Shown here piece by piece: positions 22,530 through 36,678 of a stretch of DNA of 64,000 nucleotides. Below the pieces are notes generated by a model that saw only the letters and a program-made list of their open reading frames with translations, was not told the origin of the DNA and ran no database searches. A program made the position numbers and the translations under genes. Source of the stretch: Geosiphon pyriformis uo1 (Eukaryota; Fungi; Glomeromycota); contig JAAOMT010000661.1 of the NCBI GenBank assembly GCA_016748015.1, forward strand, positions 62,001-126,000, in the 5' to 3' direction. Numbering within the stretch: position 1 is the first letter of the stretch; every line of letters starts with the position of its first letter.

Positions 22530-24900
22530 TATTAATATTTGTCTCTTATAATTAAAAGTATTACTTTTAAAAATTAATATAAATAAGTTTTATAAAAAAT
22601 CTATTTAGTTGTTAAATTTTAAACTTAAGACAAAATATAAAAAAAATGATTTAATAATTAGTAATAATATTATATTTAGATATAATATATTAATAAATAA
22701 ATAAAAATAATATTATATAATTAAATTTGTAAAAATTTAATATGTAAAATTAGTTTTATAAATATTTTAGTTGTTATTTTTCAAAAAAATAATTTATATT
22801 ATTCAAAAAAATTATATATTAATATAGTTTTATATTTTATATTAATATAATTAAAATTTTATATTAAGTATTATTTATATTTAATAAATGTTTTATTCAA
22901 TATATTTTTTACAAAAGTTAATAATATACAAATTAAAAAATAAAAAAAATAAAAAAGTTAATATTATTATTTTAATTTTTATTTAAAATTTTAGTCTGTT
23001 TTAATTAATTTAAGTAATTAATTACAGAAGAATATAAAAAATATTATATATTTTTATATATTATATAAAAAAATTAATTTATAAATTATTAATTTTTTAT
23101 TATTATATTAAAATACATATTAATATTTTGTTTGACTCTTATTTGCTTTAAAAATAGCTTAAACTTAATGTAACATAAATTTAATCAAATTACAATAGTA
23201 ATTTACAAATATTATATTCTATTTTTCTTTAATTTACTGTTTAAATTATACAATATTTAAGAATTGTAAATTATATTAACAAATTTTAACTTTAATATAT
23301 GATCAAAAATTTTTTATTGAAGTAATATCAAGACTTTGTGTTGGTTAAAAAAGTAATTTAATATTTAAAGAGATAAAAAAAAAATACACAACTTTTAATA
23401 TATGAGATTAATGAATTATTTTCCTAAAAAAAACTTTTTTTTAATTATTTTTACATAAAGTTTTATTGTAGAAATTGCATAATTAACCAAAATTTTACAG
23501 TGTATAATTTCAATAATATAACTAATCAAAAAAACTAAAAAATCTAAACTAATTCATAAAAAACATTTTCAAAATATACAACCAAAACTTTTTTTAATTG
23601 TGATTACAATATAATCTTTATAAACCTTTTTAGAAAATTTATGCCATATATATTTAAATCTTATAGTTTTAAATTAAATATATATAAATTTATTTGATTA
23701 AACAACTTATTTAAAATCTTTTAATTTTATAAGTATGAATCTATTATAAACATTTTTTTTATTTATTGATATTTTTAATAAAATTCAATTATATTTAAAA
23801 AAAAGTTTAGTGACAGGTTTTTTTATTCTCTATTATTGAATATTTAAATTATTTATATACATATTTATTAAGAATTTATGATTGGTCTGTTCATTTTTTA
23901 GGAAGTTTTTTTAGCTTATATAATTTTTATACACATATTATAAAAAAATATAAATATTTAATAGTTGTAAAAATTTTATTGTTGTATATTCTAACTTTTT
24001 TGCTAAAATAATTTCTTTTTTTTGATATTCAAAAAGTTTTTTTCAAAATATATTTGATGTAGTAAATTTTTTTACAACAAAAATATTTAATATTTTATAT
24101 ATATATATATAATCTATTGTTGTATTTTACAAAAATATGATTTATGTTAATTTGTAGATTATAACTAAAAGTAATTATAAAAAAAATTATGGCTTAAATT
24201 AATAATAGTATTATAATATATAATCTTTTTTATATATTATATTAAGTATTCAATACTTTTTATACCCTTCTGTATATATAAATAAAATATAAATTATATT
24301 TATTTTAAAACATTTTTGTTGTATTATAGTAAATAGTAATTGAATTATACTTATTAAAAAATAATAATTACTATATTGATTTTATTAAATTATAATATTT
24401 TATTTTAGCTTTCAAATTTTTTTTTATTAATCTTTATATTTTATGCAATAATATTAAATTTAATATTGGTTTGAAAATTTTTGAAAAAATTGCATAATTA
24501 AAATTTAAGATATAATTATATTATTTATCGAAATTTTAAGTTATAATTTTAAGTACAAATTTTCTTAAAAATAGACATATAAATTAATATTTTAATTATT
24601 GTTTTAAATTTAAATATTTTTATTTTTATTTTTAATATTTTTAACTTTTAATAACATTATGACTATAAGCTAATCTATTATTAATATATTAATTTTTTAT
24701 TTAAAGAATAATATAACTTTTTATTATTTTATTATTTGATTTTTCTTTGCATCTAATTTAGTTAAAAATATTTGAAAATGTTGAAAAAAATTATGAATTA
24801 GAAAAAAAATCTTCAATTTTAAAAATAAGTTTGCAATTTTTGATTTAAATATCAATCAAATACAAAATTATTTTATTTATGAACAATACTCAAAGTTTAA
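22530..24900. repeat. Continuation of the AT-rich decayed block on the other side of the LINE
   Basis: Same very low GC and CpG depletion as 6-15.6 kb. Ends shortly before the 3' end of the HAD gene. Confidence 0.65.
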
Positions 24901-25157
24901 ATTTTTTCAGGAATAATTACAGTGAAATTTTATTTCATTCACCGAACTTTGATCATTGGGAAAATTATGAAATGAACAATTTGAGGTTCATTTTGCTTAA
25001 TACATGTACAAACAGTTTCTAAGTGTTATATGAAACTTTTTACGCGCAAAATATCTTAGTGTCAGCTTAAAATAATATGAAAGCAAAAAAATGGGGAAGC
25101 TAAAATCTTTCACGCATTCGATATTTAGTAGCCCAAAAAAGTAAAAATCCAAAGTTC

Positions 25158-25973
25158 CTATAGTCTTACTTGGTCTTTGGACTCCTCACGAAGACGTTTC
25201 AAAATCACTTCTACCGCTTGACCAAAATTATCAAATGCTCCATCAATCGTTTCATCAAGCTTTTCATCTCCTGCTCGATACTTCCCTGTCTTAACAAGAT
25301 ATCGAATCAAGCCTAATTCTTTCGCTCCCCCTCCAAGATCTTGGGTAATGTCATCGCCAATTATTAAAACCTTATTGCAATCTTTTAATAGGCCCATATC
25401 ATTAATAGCTATTTCATAAAAACTTTTTTCGGGTTTTCCTACGGTAATAGAATTCCTCCCAGATGCATGTTCTAATGCAACCACAAACGGTCCGGGTCCA
25501 AGACTCAACCCATCCACCTCGGCAAAATATTTTGCTTTGTGAATAGCAATTAGAGGGGCTTTTGGATTCTGGATCAGTATACGAAAAGCCTTGTTCAGGG
25601 TTTTATAATCGAAATTTGAAGGAGAAAGCCCAATAACTACGGAATCATTAGGTTGACCAGTTTGGATCCCCTGAAAATCTTCTAAAGCGGAGTCTTCCAG
25701 AAATAGTAATGGATTCAAGTTACTTGATAATATTAGCTCACGAGCGGCGATCAAAGACGTGAAAATTTCTTGTTTATAGACCTCGAAATCCAAAGCCTTG
25801 AGTTTTTGATAAATACTGTTGGCACTCTCTTTAGTTGTGTTTGTGCAAAATCGAAAAGGGACCCCTGCTCTTCTTAACTTTTTCAACCCCTCTACAGCAC
25901 CTTCACATGCTGTGTTTCCTATGTGAAGAGTTCCAGATAAGTCAATCAAAACGCCACGAATAGAACTCATCAT
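25158..25973 (-). CDS. HAD-superfamily class IIA hydrolase, HDHD2/LHPP-like, 271 aa, intronless
   Basis: Motif I variant VLIDLSGTLHI (HDHD2-type), motif II FCTNTTKES, GLSLGPGPFVVALE, motifs III/IV GKP...IIGDD...D, and LVKTGKYR. Confidence 0.93.
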   Translation of the reverse strand: MMSSIRGVLIDLSGTLHIGNTACEGAVEGLKKLRRAGVPFRFCTNTTKESANSIYQKLKALDFEVYKQEIFTSLIAARELILSSNLNPLLFLEDSALEDFQGIQTGQPNDSVVIGLSPSNFDYKTLNKAFRILIQNPKAPLIAIHKAKYFAEVDGLSLGPGPFVVALEHASGRNSITVGKPEKSFYEIAINDMGLLKDCNKVLIIGDDITQDLGGGAKELGLIRYLVKTGKYRAGDEKLDETIDGAFDNFGQAVEVILKRLREESKDQVRL

Positions 25974-26121
25974 CTCAAAAACAGTGTCTTAGCCTAAAAG
26001 CCAAAGAAATTATAACCCCAAAATAGATAGTATATCAACAAATGATGTCATTGGTTAATCGATAAGCAGAGTATTTTAATTTCATTCTTTGGTTCTTAAG
26101 TATTCAATTTTTAAACCGACA
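25974..26121. promoter_or_regulatory. Compact bidirectional promoter shared by the HAD gene and SLA2
   Basis: Divergent ATGs are 148 bp apart. Contains TGATGTCA (CRE-like, 26043-26050) overlapping ATTGG (CCAAT reversed, 26050-26054). Confidence 0.65.
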
Positions 26122-29100
26122 ATGACAGATCCTTACTTTCCAACACGTCCTGTAGATCGTGAAAAAGCCGAACACGAGCTCGCCCTCAACATTAAAAAAG
26201 CTACCAACTTTGACGAAACTGCCCCAAAACAAAAGCACGTTAGAAGTAAGCACCCATCACCTTGTTTTCACCTTGAATTTGAACTAACCTGTTGAGCCCT
26301 CTTTAGGTGCAATATTGTATACCTGGGATCATCATACCTCACAATCTATTTGGACTGGATTAAAAGTTCAGCCCATTCTTTCTGACGAAGTACAAACTTT
26401 CAAAGCACTGATTACAGTTCACAAAGTCATTCGGAACGGACATCCCATAGTTAGTATTAATCACTTGACAGGTTGGAACAACTGATTTTAAATTAAAGTT
26501 ATTAAATGACTCTAGACTTTAAAAGAAGCCCAAAATGAAATACATTGGCTTGAGTCTTGCTCTCGCTCCGTGACTGGTGAAGGTATTCGGGGTATGTACT
26601 TTGCAATATTTGAGATCATATATTCTACAGCGCAAATGCCCTGACTCGATTCTGTATAATGCAGGTTATGGGACTTTGATTCGATCATATGTCAATTTTC
26701 TGCTTGCAAAATTAAATTACCACAGACTTCATCCCGAGTTTAATGGAAATTTCGATTATGAAGAATATGTCTCTTTGAAAGGTGTGGACGATCCAAATGA
26801 GGGGTATGTTAGAGATGATTGAATTAGAACCTTTTCATTTTTTACTGATATATTTCTCTGAACTTCTTACTAGGTATGAAACTATTAGCGATTTGATGAA
26901 CCTTCAAGATCAGATAGATCAATTCCAAAAGCTGATTTTTGCTCAATTTCGGCCTTCTTCTAACAATGAATGTCGAATTGCGGCCTTAATTCCACTAGTG
27001 GAAGAGAGTTACGGCATTTATAGATTTATGACCAGTATGCTTCGGGCTATGCATCGACGTACAGACTCTATTGACGCACTGACCCCACTTCGTACGCGTT
27101 ATAATGCTCAACATTACGCTTTACTCAAATTTTATTATGAGTGCATGAATTTGAAATACCTTACCAGCCTGGTAACCGTGCCTACACTTCCACAGGTATT
27201 TTATTTGGACTTTTTAAGCATGTAACAATCAAACAGCGTAAATTTGTACTATTTTTGATAGGATCCCCCTAGCTTGATAGATGGTAGTGCTCCATCATTA
27301 CCTGTTAGACCTAGAGCTAAATCACCAGCGCCCTCTGCTACCAATTCAGAAACTGATTCTCTTCAAGAATCATTGAAAGAAATACAAGCCCAAGCCCAAG
27401 CTCAAGCAAAAGCACAGGCTCAAGCACAGGCTCAAGCACAGGCGCAAGCACAGGCACAACAACAATTAGAATTTGAACGCCAACGACAACAATATGAAGA
27501 GCAGCAGCGTCAACTGCAGCAACAACGTGAGAGAGAACTTCAAAATCAGCGCCTACTTGAGATTCAACGTCAAAGAGAACTTGAAGAACAACAAAGGCAT
27601 CAACAAGAAAGAGAACAACTTGCTCGTGAACAATTACTACAACAACAAATGCAACGCCATGCGCAAGGAAGGGTTGCAGAATTGGAACAAGAATTACTTG
27701 CTGCCAGGGGCCTCACTGAAAGGAATCAAATGCTTCTTGAGCAATATGATAGGGTATATGCTAGTATATATTGCTTAAAATACATAGACAGTATATAAAT
27801 TCTAAATGCGGTGTCGTTCTGATTTTAGAGAGTTAAAGCCCTGGAGAATGAAATGAACCATTTGAACCTGAATGCTCAACAGCAATTAAATTCCAAAGAC
27901 GATATGATCAAAAATCTTCAAGGTTGGTAAAAAACTTTTCATAATATCAATTTGTTTTATTAACACTCACAATGTTGCTATTTATTGAATGGGATTAGAT
28001 CAAATATTAATGTGGAAGAATAAATATGAAGCTTTGGCTAAACTTTATTCCCAACTTCGTCAAGAACATCTGGAATTGCTCAACAAATTTAAATCGGCTC
28101 AATTAAAAGCTAATTCGGCTCAAGAAGCTATTGATAAAATGGAGAGGATGGAAAGAGATATGAAGGCCAAAAATCTCGAGCTTGCGGATATGATTCGGGA
28201 AAGAGATCGTGCGAGACATGACCTTGACCGCTTAAAGAGTGTATGTACTTCACAAGTTTTTTCTTCCTTTGATGAATTCTTATTTTGAAAATTCGTAAAT
28301 TCAGAAATGGGGTGATTACATGCACCCATTAGAATGCTTTAGGTTTTTATATCTTAATATTAAACAATGGCCTTTCACTTTTTTCTCTTAAAACAGAGCC
28401 AACGGGAAGATCTCGAGAGAGTTAAACGAGATCTCTCACTAGCAAATGACCGAGCTGAAGAACTTGCACGTTCAAAAAACAATGAAATAGGATCTATGCT
28501 ATCCAAGTTTAACAAGGAAAAAGCGGAACTAGAGAATTCAATTCGGGTTTGTAAGAAAATTTTTTCAATAGTTTTGTCTTGTATAGTTAATTTATTGATT
28601 TCCTTTATTTACCATCAACCAACAAAACAATCCAAGTAGTCGAAACAGTCATATCTTGACGAACTATTAAGCCTTATGGAAGAGAAGAAATCAGAAATTG
28701 ATCGCATCACTCAGGTAAAGAACACCTATTTTTATGGTTTCAATAACATACCATTTATTCCCTATCATTTTATAGGAAAAAGATGAAGAAATAGCCATAA
28801 TGCAGGTGGCAATGGATCAAAGTTTATCGGCGTTGGCCGATTTTCAACGAGTATGTCAACTATTTACAATCGCTTTTGAATCAAGTCAATAAAGTATAGA
28901 TTCCATATTGAATGAAGATAGTAATCCAATAACATTGAATTATACTTTATATCATAATAGTCAACCAATAGCACTGAGAGGGGTAATCAAGAGAAAATTG
29001 ACAATCTATTATTGGATCACTTTAGGAAACTGAATGATATTTTAGGTGAGTTCATACATAGAAGTCTTTATTTAGAAAGAAACCGGTTTATGTATTCCAT

Positions 29101-30378
29101 CATAAAAAATAAGGTGTACTGATGATGATTTTGCAAAATTTCATAGACAGTATCTTTCAGGCTTCTATACAAAAAATTGATGATAGTATATATGAATTGG
29201 AATCTCCAATGCAAGCTGGTAACCAAAACTCCACCCCCGAGTACACTTTATCGATGATTGAGAAAGCAACAACGGAAACATCCGAATTTTCCTTTATCTT
29301 TCAGCAATTTCTACAGAGGGACCGAACAGAGGATCATACTAAAGTTATAAAGACCGCCACGAATTTTGCTCAGGCAATTGCAGAAGTTTTGATTAATGCG
29401 AAAGGGATAACTCGATTAGCGGGTGAAGATGATGAGATAAGTGAGGAGATTGTAAGGACAGCTAAAAATGCGGCGCAAATGTCCCAAAAATTCTTATTGA
29501 ATGTTCAATCATACAAATTGGATGCACTACCGGCTTCCCAACGAACTCAAGTTGTACTACAGGGTGAGATGGATGTACAAGTGGGATTACAAAAAATCTC
29601 GAAAATGATCGAAGGTCTCTCAAAACAAACCCTGGATGTCGCTAAGGCTGCTGATGGGGAAATTGGAAATATAGTTGAACAAGAAATGCTGAACGCTGCA
29701 AGGGTTATTGAGAATGCAACAGCCAGGATCCAGGCCCTGATGTCAAGGCCACGTGATGCTAGTCTCTCTGCCACAGAGTTACATGTTCATGATGCTATAC
29801 TAGAATCTGCGTTAGCCGTTACCAACGCTATAGCAAACTTAATTAAGTGCGCTACAGTTTCACAGCAAGAGATTGTTGCACAAGGGCGTGGCTCCAGTAC
29901 ACACGCTGCTTTTTACAAGAAAAATAATCGATGGACTGAGGGTCTTATTTCAGCTGCAAAGGCTATAGCCATAGCTACTAACCTTCTAATAGAAACCGCC
30001 GATGGCGTTATTAGTGGACGAAATTCACTTGAGCAACTCATTGTAGCTTCTAACGAAGTAGCAGCAGCAACCGCTCAGTTAGTAGCCGCATCACGAGTCA
30101 AAGCTGACTTTATGTCAAAATCGCAAGATCGTCTTGAGACCGCGTCTAAGGCAGTGACAGAGGCATGCAAAGCGCTTGTCAAAGCTGTCAAAACTATCGC
30201 TGCTAAACAATTAGAACGAGAACCAGGAATTGATTATGCTCGACTCGCCCCTCACGATTTCAAGGTTAAGGAAATGGAGCAACAAGTAGAAATATTAAAA
30301 CTGGAGAAGGAACTGACCAACGCCCGAAGAAAATTGGCAGAGATACGAAAAGTCAGTTATCATGCGGATGAGGATTAA
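26122..30378 (+). CDS. SLA2: Sla2/End4 (HIP1R homologue) endocytic actin adaptor: ANTH, coiled coil, talin-like I/LWEQ; 13 exons, about 1082 aa
   Basis: Manually spliced exons, all GT-AG with frame conserved, total 3249 nt: 26122-26245, 26307-26449, 26516-26591, 26665-26803, 26874-27195, 27262-27753, 27829-27922, 27999-28240, 28397-28546, 28640-28714, 28776-28850, 28961-29045, 29147-30378. Motifs: ETAPKQKHVR, WKNKYEALAKLYSQLRQEHL, FYKKNNRWTEGLISAAK, EMEQQVEILKLE. Confidence 0.96.
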
Positions 30379-33300
30379 ATAAAAAGACACTAAATCTAGG
30401 CTGGAATCATTAATTTCATTTTCAATGAAGCTTATAATTTAATTATTAACTCTATAAACTTTGTCAATGATTTTGAGGCTAGTTTTTATCGTGTCTCATA
30501 TAACGTGAATGAGAAGGTGCAGTTGCTGATAGTGACAGGAAGCTGATTTGGTTTTATTGAAGAAGGTTTGATAGTAGGTTCTGGTAAAATGGAACTTTTT
30601 GCTGATAACTGGAATTTCTCGGAATATGATCTTATATCAAAGCTTGGATGCATTATATACAATAATTAGGTTAAAGATTTTCGCATATAGGGTTTAGACT
30701 CTGAATATATATTATAGAAATTATCATTTCAGAAATCAAAATGTTGCCAAAAGCTAATAAATCTGAAAATAAAGCTTAGGAGAATAAATAAATTTTTATT
30801 TTGGTATAATATTTTGAATTAATTGTTTTATAACTTTGTGTTTTTAAAATCACAAGAATAATATTTTAAATGTATAAGTTGTAAAATATTTAATTTAATT
30901 ATGAAATAAAATTAGTATTTTTGTTTTGAATTTATTATTAAATTCATGTAACTTGGCTATTCTTTAAACCAACATTTTTTTTATTTAATTATTGTTTTAT
31001 GTATTATTTTTATTTTACATAGAATTTTTTTTAAATATTATTGATAAACATATACTTTGTAATTTTTAGGTTAAAGTTAAATAATGTGTTTTATTTAATT
31101 ATTATGTTAATAATTTTTATTTAAATATTTAATTTAATCATTTTAAAAGCTTTTTTACATAAATTTATTGGTTACTTTTTTGTTCAAATTCAAAATGTGT
31201 AAATTTGAAAAATAGTTATATAAAAAGTAAATGTTCAAGAGTATTGAATCTGAAAAGCAAATTAATATACAATTACAAAAAAGATGGTTTCAGGAAAAAT
31301 GACAACTTAAATTTTGGTAATTCAAAAAAATTTGGTTTAAAAAAATTTATTAATTGATTGATTTAATAAATTTTTCAGTTTTGAAATCAGCAATGTTTTT
31401 TAAAAAACAGAATATATGTTTAATTTAAATATTTTTAATTTTTGCAACTTTTTTCCCAATAAAAAATTTAGATAATTCCAATCGTTTTGCTCCAATTAAA
31501 TTAATACCAATAAATGAACGAGTCATTTAGATTGTGCGACAGGAGATCTCAGCGTCCATTCTAGGAAAACATCAATTTTAATTTCAAGCATGCTTCTATT
31601 GTGTCAACAAGTAATAAATCATGAAGAGACGTCTTAGTTACGGCATTTTTAGTATTCATAAAATGTGGCACTATGAGGCCGTGGTACTAATAAAAATATA
31701 TCTCCGCCCAGATGGGAAAACTAGTTGATTGACTCGAAAAATTCTCTTCATCATCGTATTTGAACCCGCTTTTAAACTAAACAGTATTTTCAAAAGAAAA
31801 ATATAGGCATTAAAATAATAGCTCAAAATAATTACATGTTGCAATTTTTTGTTTATCTGTGTTGCAAAATTTAGTCAGTCGTTACCTAATTTTCAAGGTT
31901 TTGGCTTATTCATATACCTTACACACAATGAGGACAATATTAAGCCTCAGGTTTTTTTCCACTGTCTAAATTTCAAATTTCATCGGCACCTTAAATTATG
32001 AATGGTGAAAGGAGCGCATAATGGAATGGGTTCTTTCAAAAATATGTATTTGGAAATCTTATTTCTTTATTTTTCTGCAAATTAAGCTCTTGAATATTCA
32101 ATGAAAGATTGACACCCCAAAATACCTAAATGAAATCAAGCCCATAGGAAATATTGAAAATAATTCTAGAGTGATACTTTTGAAATTTCACTGTATAAAG
32201 TTCATTGCCGATTTGAAATTTTGTTTAAATGCGTAATTTATTCGTGTAATTTTTTTGCAGTCGCGTAAAACGCAAGACAAATGCATTTTTAGAGTTATTC
32301 AACTGCAGAAATGACGCGTTTTCAGAAATATCTTTTGTTGTCCTCTTTTGATTTTTATTATTTCTGAAATATAATGAAATATGTCTCGATCATGAGCCTC
32401 GATTTGATCCTCCGCAATCGATAATCATAAAATGCAAAAGACCACAAGGTTAAAAGCTTAAATCAAGAAAATAACCTAAGGTGAGTCAAAGTAAAAAATA
32501 AAGTTAGCTTCACAATGGCTCTTGTTTTACATTTTTGGCAAGATTCCGGCCTAATTCTCCGAATTCTTAGCAGCGCAGAAAAAAACTTGGCACGGGTTTT
32601 TTGAGCAACTAGTCTAAAATATTTTCAATGAGGATTAAATGGCCGTTTGCAGTTATTATAATGACTAATTCAAGTTTTTTTCTTTTTTAATTATTATTCC
32701 GAGCTTTCTTAAATTGCACCTTTTAAAAAAGGACAAGAAGGGTTTTTACTGTGCCCAATAATAGAGCCAACGAATTTGTTGTAAATCATTTCATGGTCAA
32801 TTGGGAACACGCCTAAAGCTTAAAGACAGCATAAAAAGGGGGTATTAAAAAAGTTTATATTTACTATTCTGAAATGCTAAAGCCACAAGATTAAATTAGA
32901 GGTTTTGGAAAATACATTTTACCTAATTTCCAACGTTTACACGTTAACCTATTGTTTGGTTAGGCCATATCAGCATATCTGCTTATACCTGCATGTGATG
33001 GACAATAGCGATGGCTTTGAATATCTGTCTTAATTGTGACACTCATTTGATTCTTTGGCTGTACTAGTTGTAAAAGTAATAATAGCCAGTGCAATTATTA
33101 AGACTTGAAATTGGTAAAATAAAACTCCATTTATTTCAATTTACGTTTTCTCAAAAGCATATGATGAAAAAAAAGTTGCAACTGATTAACTGCACATCTG
33201 TGAAAGGAAATTGGTATTAGGTACTACTTTATATATTTTCAGTCACACCCATTGTTCGGGGAATTTTTCAACGGGAACACCTATTTCAACATTGGTGTTT

Positions 33301-36300
33301 TGAGCGGCACTACGTATGCTTTTCAAATCTGCCTAGTTGTTTTATTATCAATTAATTTTATTATCTAGTTTCTGAATTTAATGTGAAGCCAAGTGGACTA
33401 ATATTTTGTTTTTTCCTTGCTTATTTATCGATATCATTTGAACTCATAATATCAAACCTAATTTATTGACGATTTTCAATGTTCTAGTTCATATAAGATA
33501 AATATATCCTTAATAAAGCTATTTAATTTGGTGAGTCTTACGCTCATAGAAAAAAAATATATTTTATTTTCATTGGATTGACTCCTGAAATTTTTTTTTC
33601 AGGGAGCTCACTCGTAGAGAGACTTTAAGATAATTCACAAGTAATTATTTACACAACAATGTTTACGTTGCTCAAAAAAAATTTTGATTTATGGGTAAAT
33701 TAAAATACAAAATTATATTTAAAACATTTTCGTTAAATTAAAAAATTAATGTTGAAAACTTTTTAAAAATTCAAAATTTCTTGCTGGTCATAAGAACAGT
33801 AGGAACGGATTTGATGTGATAATCTTAATCTCTTTTTCCAAATGTTGTGAAACAAAAAATAAAATCATTCATTGAACATAAAGTTTTCTACTTTGTTTAC
33901 AATTAACTAAGGATCAAAAAGGTTAGCATTGAAGAAATTTAAATTCTTCTCGAAGCTTTCTTTACCCAAATTGGTGACCAGAATATTTGTGCAAATAGGC
34001 TGGTAAGACTTAAACAAAAATGTTGCCGAAGATTGCTATTAAATTTTTTACAAAAACCTGAAGAACCATTGACAATAAAGAAATTTTTTTGGTTTCATGA
34101 TTGATATATCTATTGTTCTCAGCTTTTCTCTTATACATAAAGCATATCGAAAATGGTTCTAGCATTAAAAATAAACTTAAATTTTAAAATTTTAAAAGGA
34201 ACTATTTTGAACGAAGTCTAATAATCGAAACCTAACTCAATAACATATTAATTATATTATATAAATTAAAGAAATAACAAAGTACCATTACAATATCAAA
34301 AAGACTTTACAAGATCAAAATTTTGTAATTTTCTCTCATTTTTATTTTTCTTATAAAATATGAGTTTATGTTGATGTAAACAATTAAAAAAATGTGGCTT
34401 TCAAGTTTGGTATTTTCTAATAATGCTGCATAGAAATTGTCACTAATAAAGTTAAAATTCAGATAAAACTTGTTTTATAATATTATCATCATTTTCTTAA
34501 TATGTAGCATTAAGAATCTGGAGCTCACATTACAAAAAATTTTTGTGAAAATAAAATATTATTTTAATTTTTTGAGTTTTTTATTAAGAAATATTTTTCA
34601 AAATAAAAAAGATTCAAAAATAAATCTGACAATAATAATAATAATTATTATTTAAGCTTAGTAAAATTAATAAAGAGCAAGTGACTAGAGATCTCTTAAT
34701 TTGAGAACTAAAAGAATATTACTTTTTTGAAAGGGTAGTCTAGTAAAAATTAGATTTCCTCTTAATAAATAAACTACGTAAAAGTTCAATAATTTCCGAT
34801 GCTTTCGAAAGGAAAAATGATAAACTTGTTCAATTAACAATCACTTTTTGGATCAAAAAATAAAAACATCGGAAAATCTATTTCTAAATTCCAGAATATT
34901 TACATTTTTAATGAAGAAATATAACATCACCTAAACTACAATATTAGCTTTTTCCTATTCTGCATAAAGACATAATATTCAGCCCGATGATCTAATTGCG
35001 GCGTTCTCAATCATTTTAAAAATAACATCTAAAATAAATTTCATTAGTTAAAAAAGTCACATTGCAAGTCATTCGAAAGAAAAGGTAATTTATTTGATTA
35101 AAATACTATTCCGTTTGAGTCCTTCCCAATGAAAAGATGTTTTATGAAGTGATCTATTTGAGTTCGGACAATCATTCGCTAAGCTTATAGTTGGCTGATA
35201 AATAAAATTATGTCATAATGATATCATGTTCAATAAAAACATGTGCGATAAAACCCCATTTGATTCGCAAAATAATAAATGAGCGAAATTTATGAAAATA
35301 GCTCCACTTTTCGATCGTGACTAAGTTTTCACAGCTTGAAAAAAATCATCATGGCACATGCAGAGCGTTTTAACCCCTAAATTCATCATAGTCTTTAATG
35401 AGCTAAGGCTTGGTTATCTTTAATTTACAAACCAACAACGCGCAGAGGCTTTCCCTTGATTGTCTCGCTTCCTTCATTATTACGCAAAATTTTTCAAAAT
35501 AAAATTTTTGAATTTACGCAAATAAACCACATATTGAGCAAAGAAAAAGCTTGAAACTTTAAATTAAAAATATCAAATCAAAAGTCCATCGTCAATTGCT
35601 ACCATCATTTATGTATTGGTTGTCGCTACCTATCTCTAATTTTTTATTCAACGAAACTCCAGTTTCACAACAGGGAATAAATTAAAAATTTCTCGTATCG
35701 ATGGTCAAATTGGTTAACTTGAATGGCTAGGCTTTAAAATTCCCGCAGCAAATTTAAATGATAAAGAAAAATCACCTCTAATTAACCGTCATAATTGTTA
35801 ATAAGTTTTGATCACGAAAATTGAAGGATATCCTTGCTTTCTTTTTAACTAAATTGAACCAGTTAAAAAAAGACAGGCTCTAAAATTTCGAAATCACGAC
35901 TCATAGAATATTATCAACTTGCTTGAATAAAAGCTTCATGATATTAACTAACAAGGTTTCCAAACTCAATTAAAAGGCTTGGGTGCGTTTCTTCCAAAAT
36001 CAGAAGCTAGTTCAGGCTAAGGAACATTGAAGATTTAATTGACATTTGGACTCAAAAACGCTTTTTAAAATTTATTATTCTTTTGTGCTTTATGAAAGTG
36101 TGAAAACAATACATCTTTTAGACTTAAGCTTAATCACATGATTAAGGTTAACAACTATATAAGAAAATAAGATTTAAACCTAGTCACATTAGTGAGTAAA
36201 AAGTTAACAACCATGTGATACATTTAATTAAAAAGGATTTTTGAATTACTTTTCTGTTTGTGTATTGGTAATTTTTGATATTCAAAAAAAAGGTTATGTA

Positions 36301-36576
36301 AAAATAAAAATTCCAAATAAGGTAGCCGATGAAATAAATTTACAATTAAACTCAAATATTATTGACCATTGGAAAAATGGAAAAGAAAAACCTTCGTTTT
36401 AATTTTAAACATAAGAAAAATTGTTTAAGCATAAAAAATTTATCTTTTTTTGAGATTCAATTAGTTTTAAAATTTTCTAATTATTATTTAGATTATTGTA
36501 ATAGAAAATGAAGCCATGAATATTTTTTAAAGTTTAATCAAAAATAACTTTGATATTTTTCAAATTTGATTTCAAT

Positions 36577-36591
36577 TATTATTATTATTAC

Positions 36592-36677
<86 letters not shown>
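36577..36677. repeat. (ATT)n microsatellite, about 33 units
   Basis: Directly visible. Confidence 0.95.

Positions 36678-36678
<1 letters not shown>

Noticed and set aside
26089-28639. Separate small ORFs upstream of 29122
   Set aside because: They are exons of one spliced SLA2 gene.
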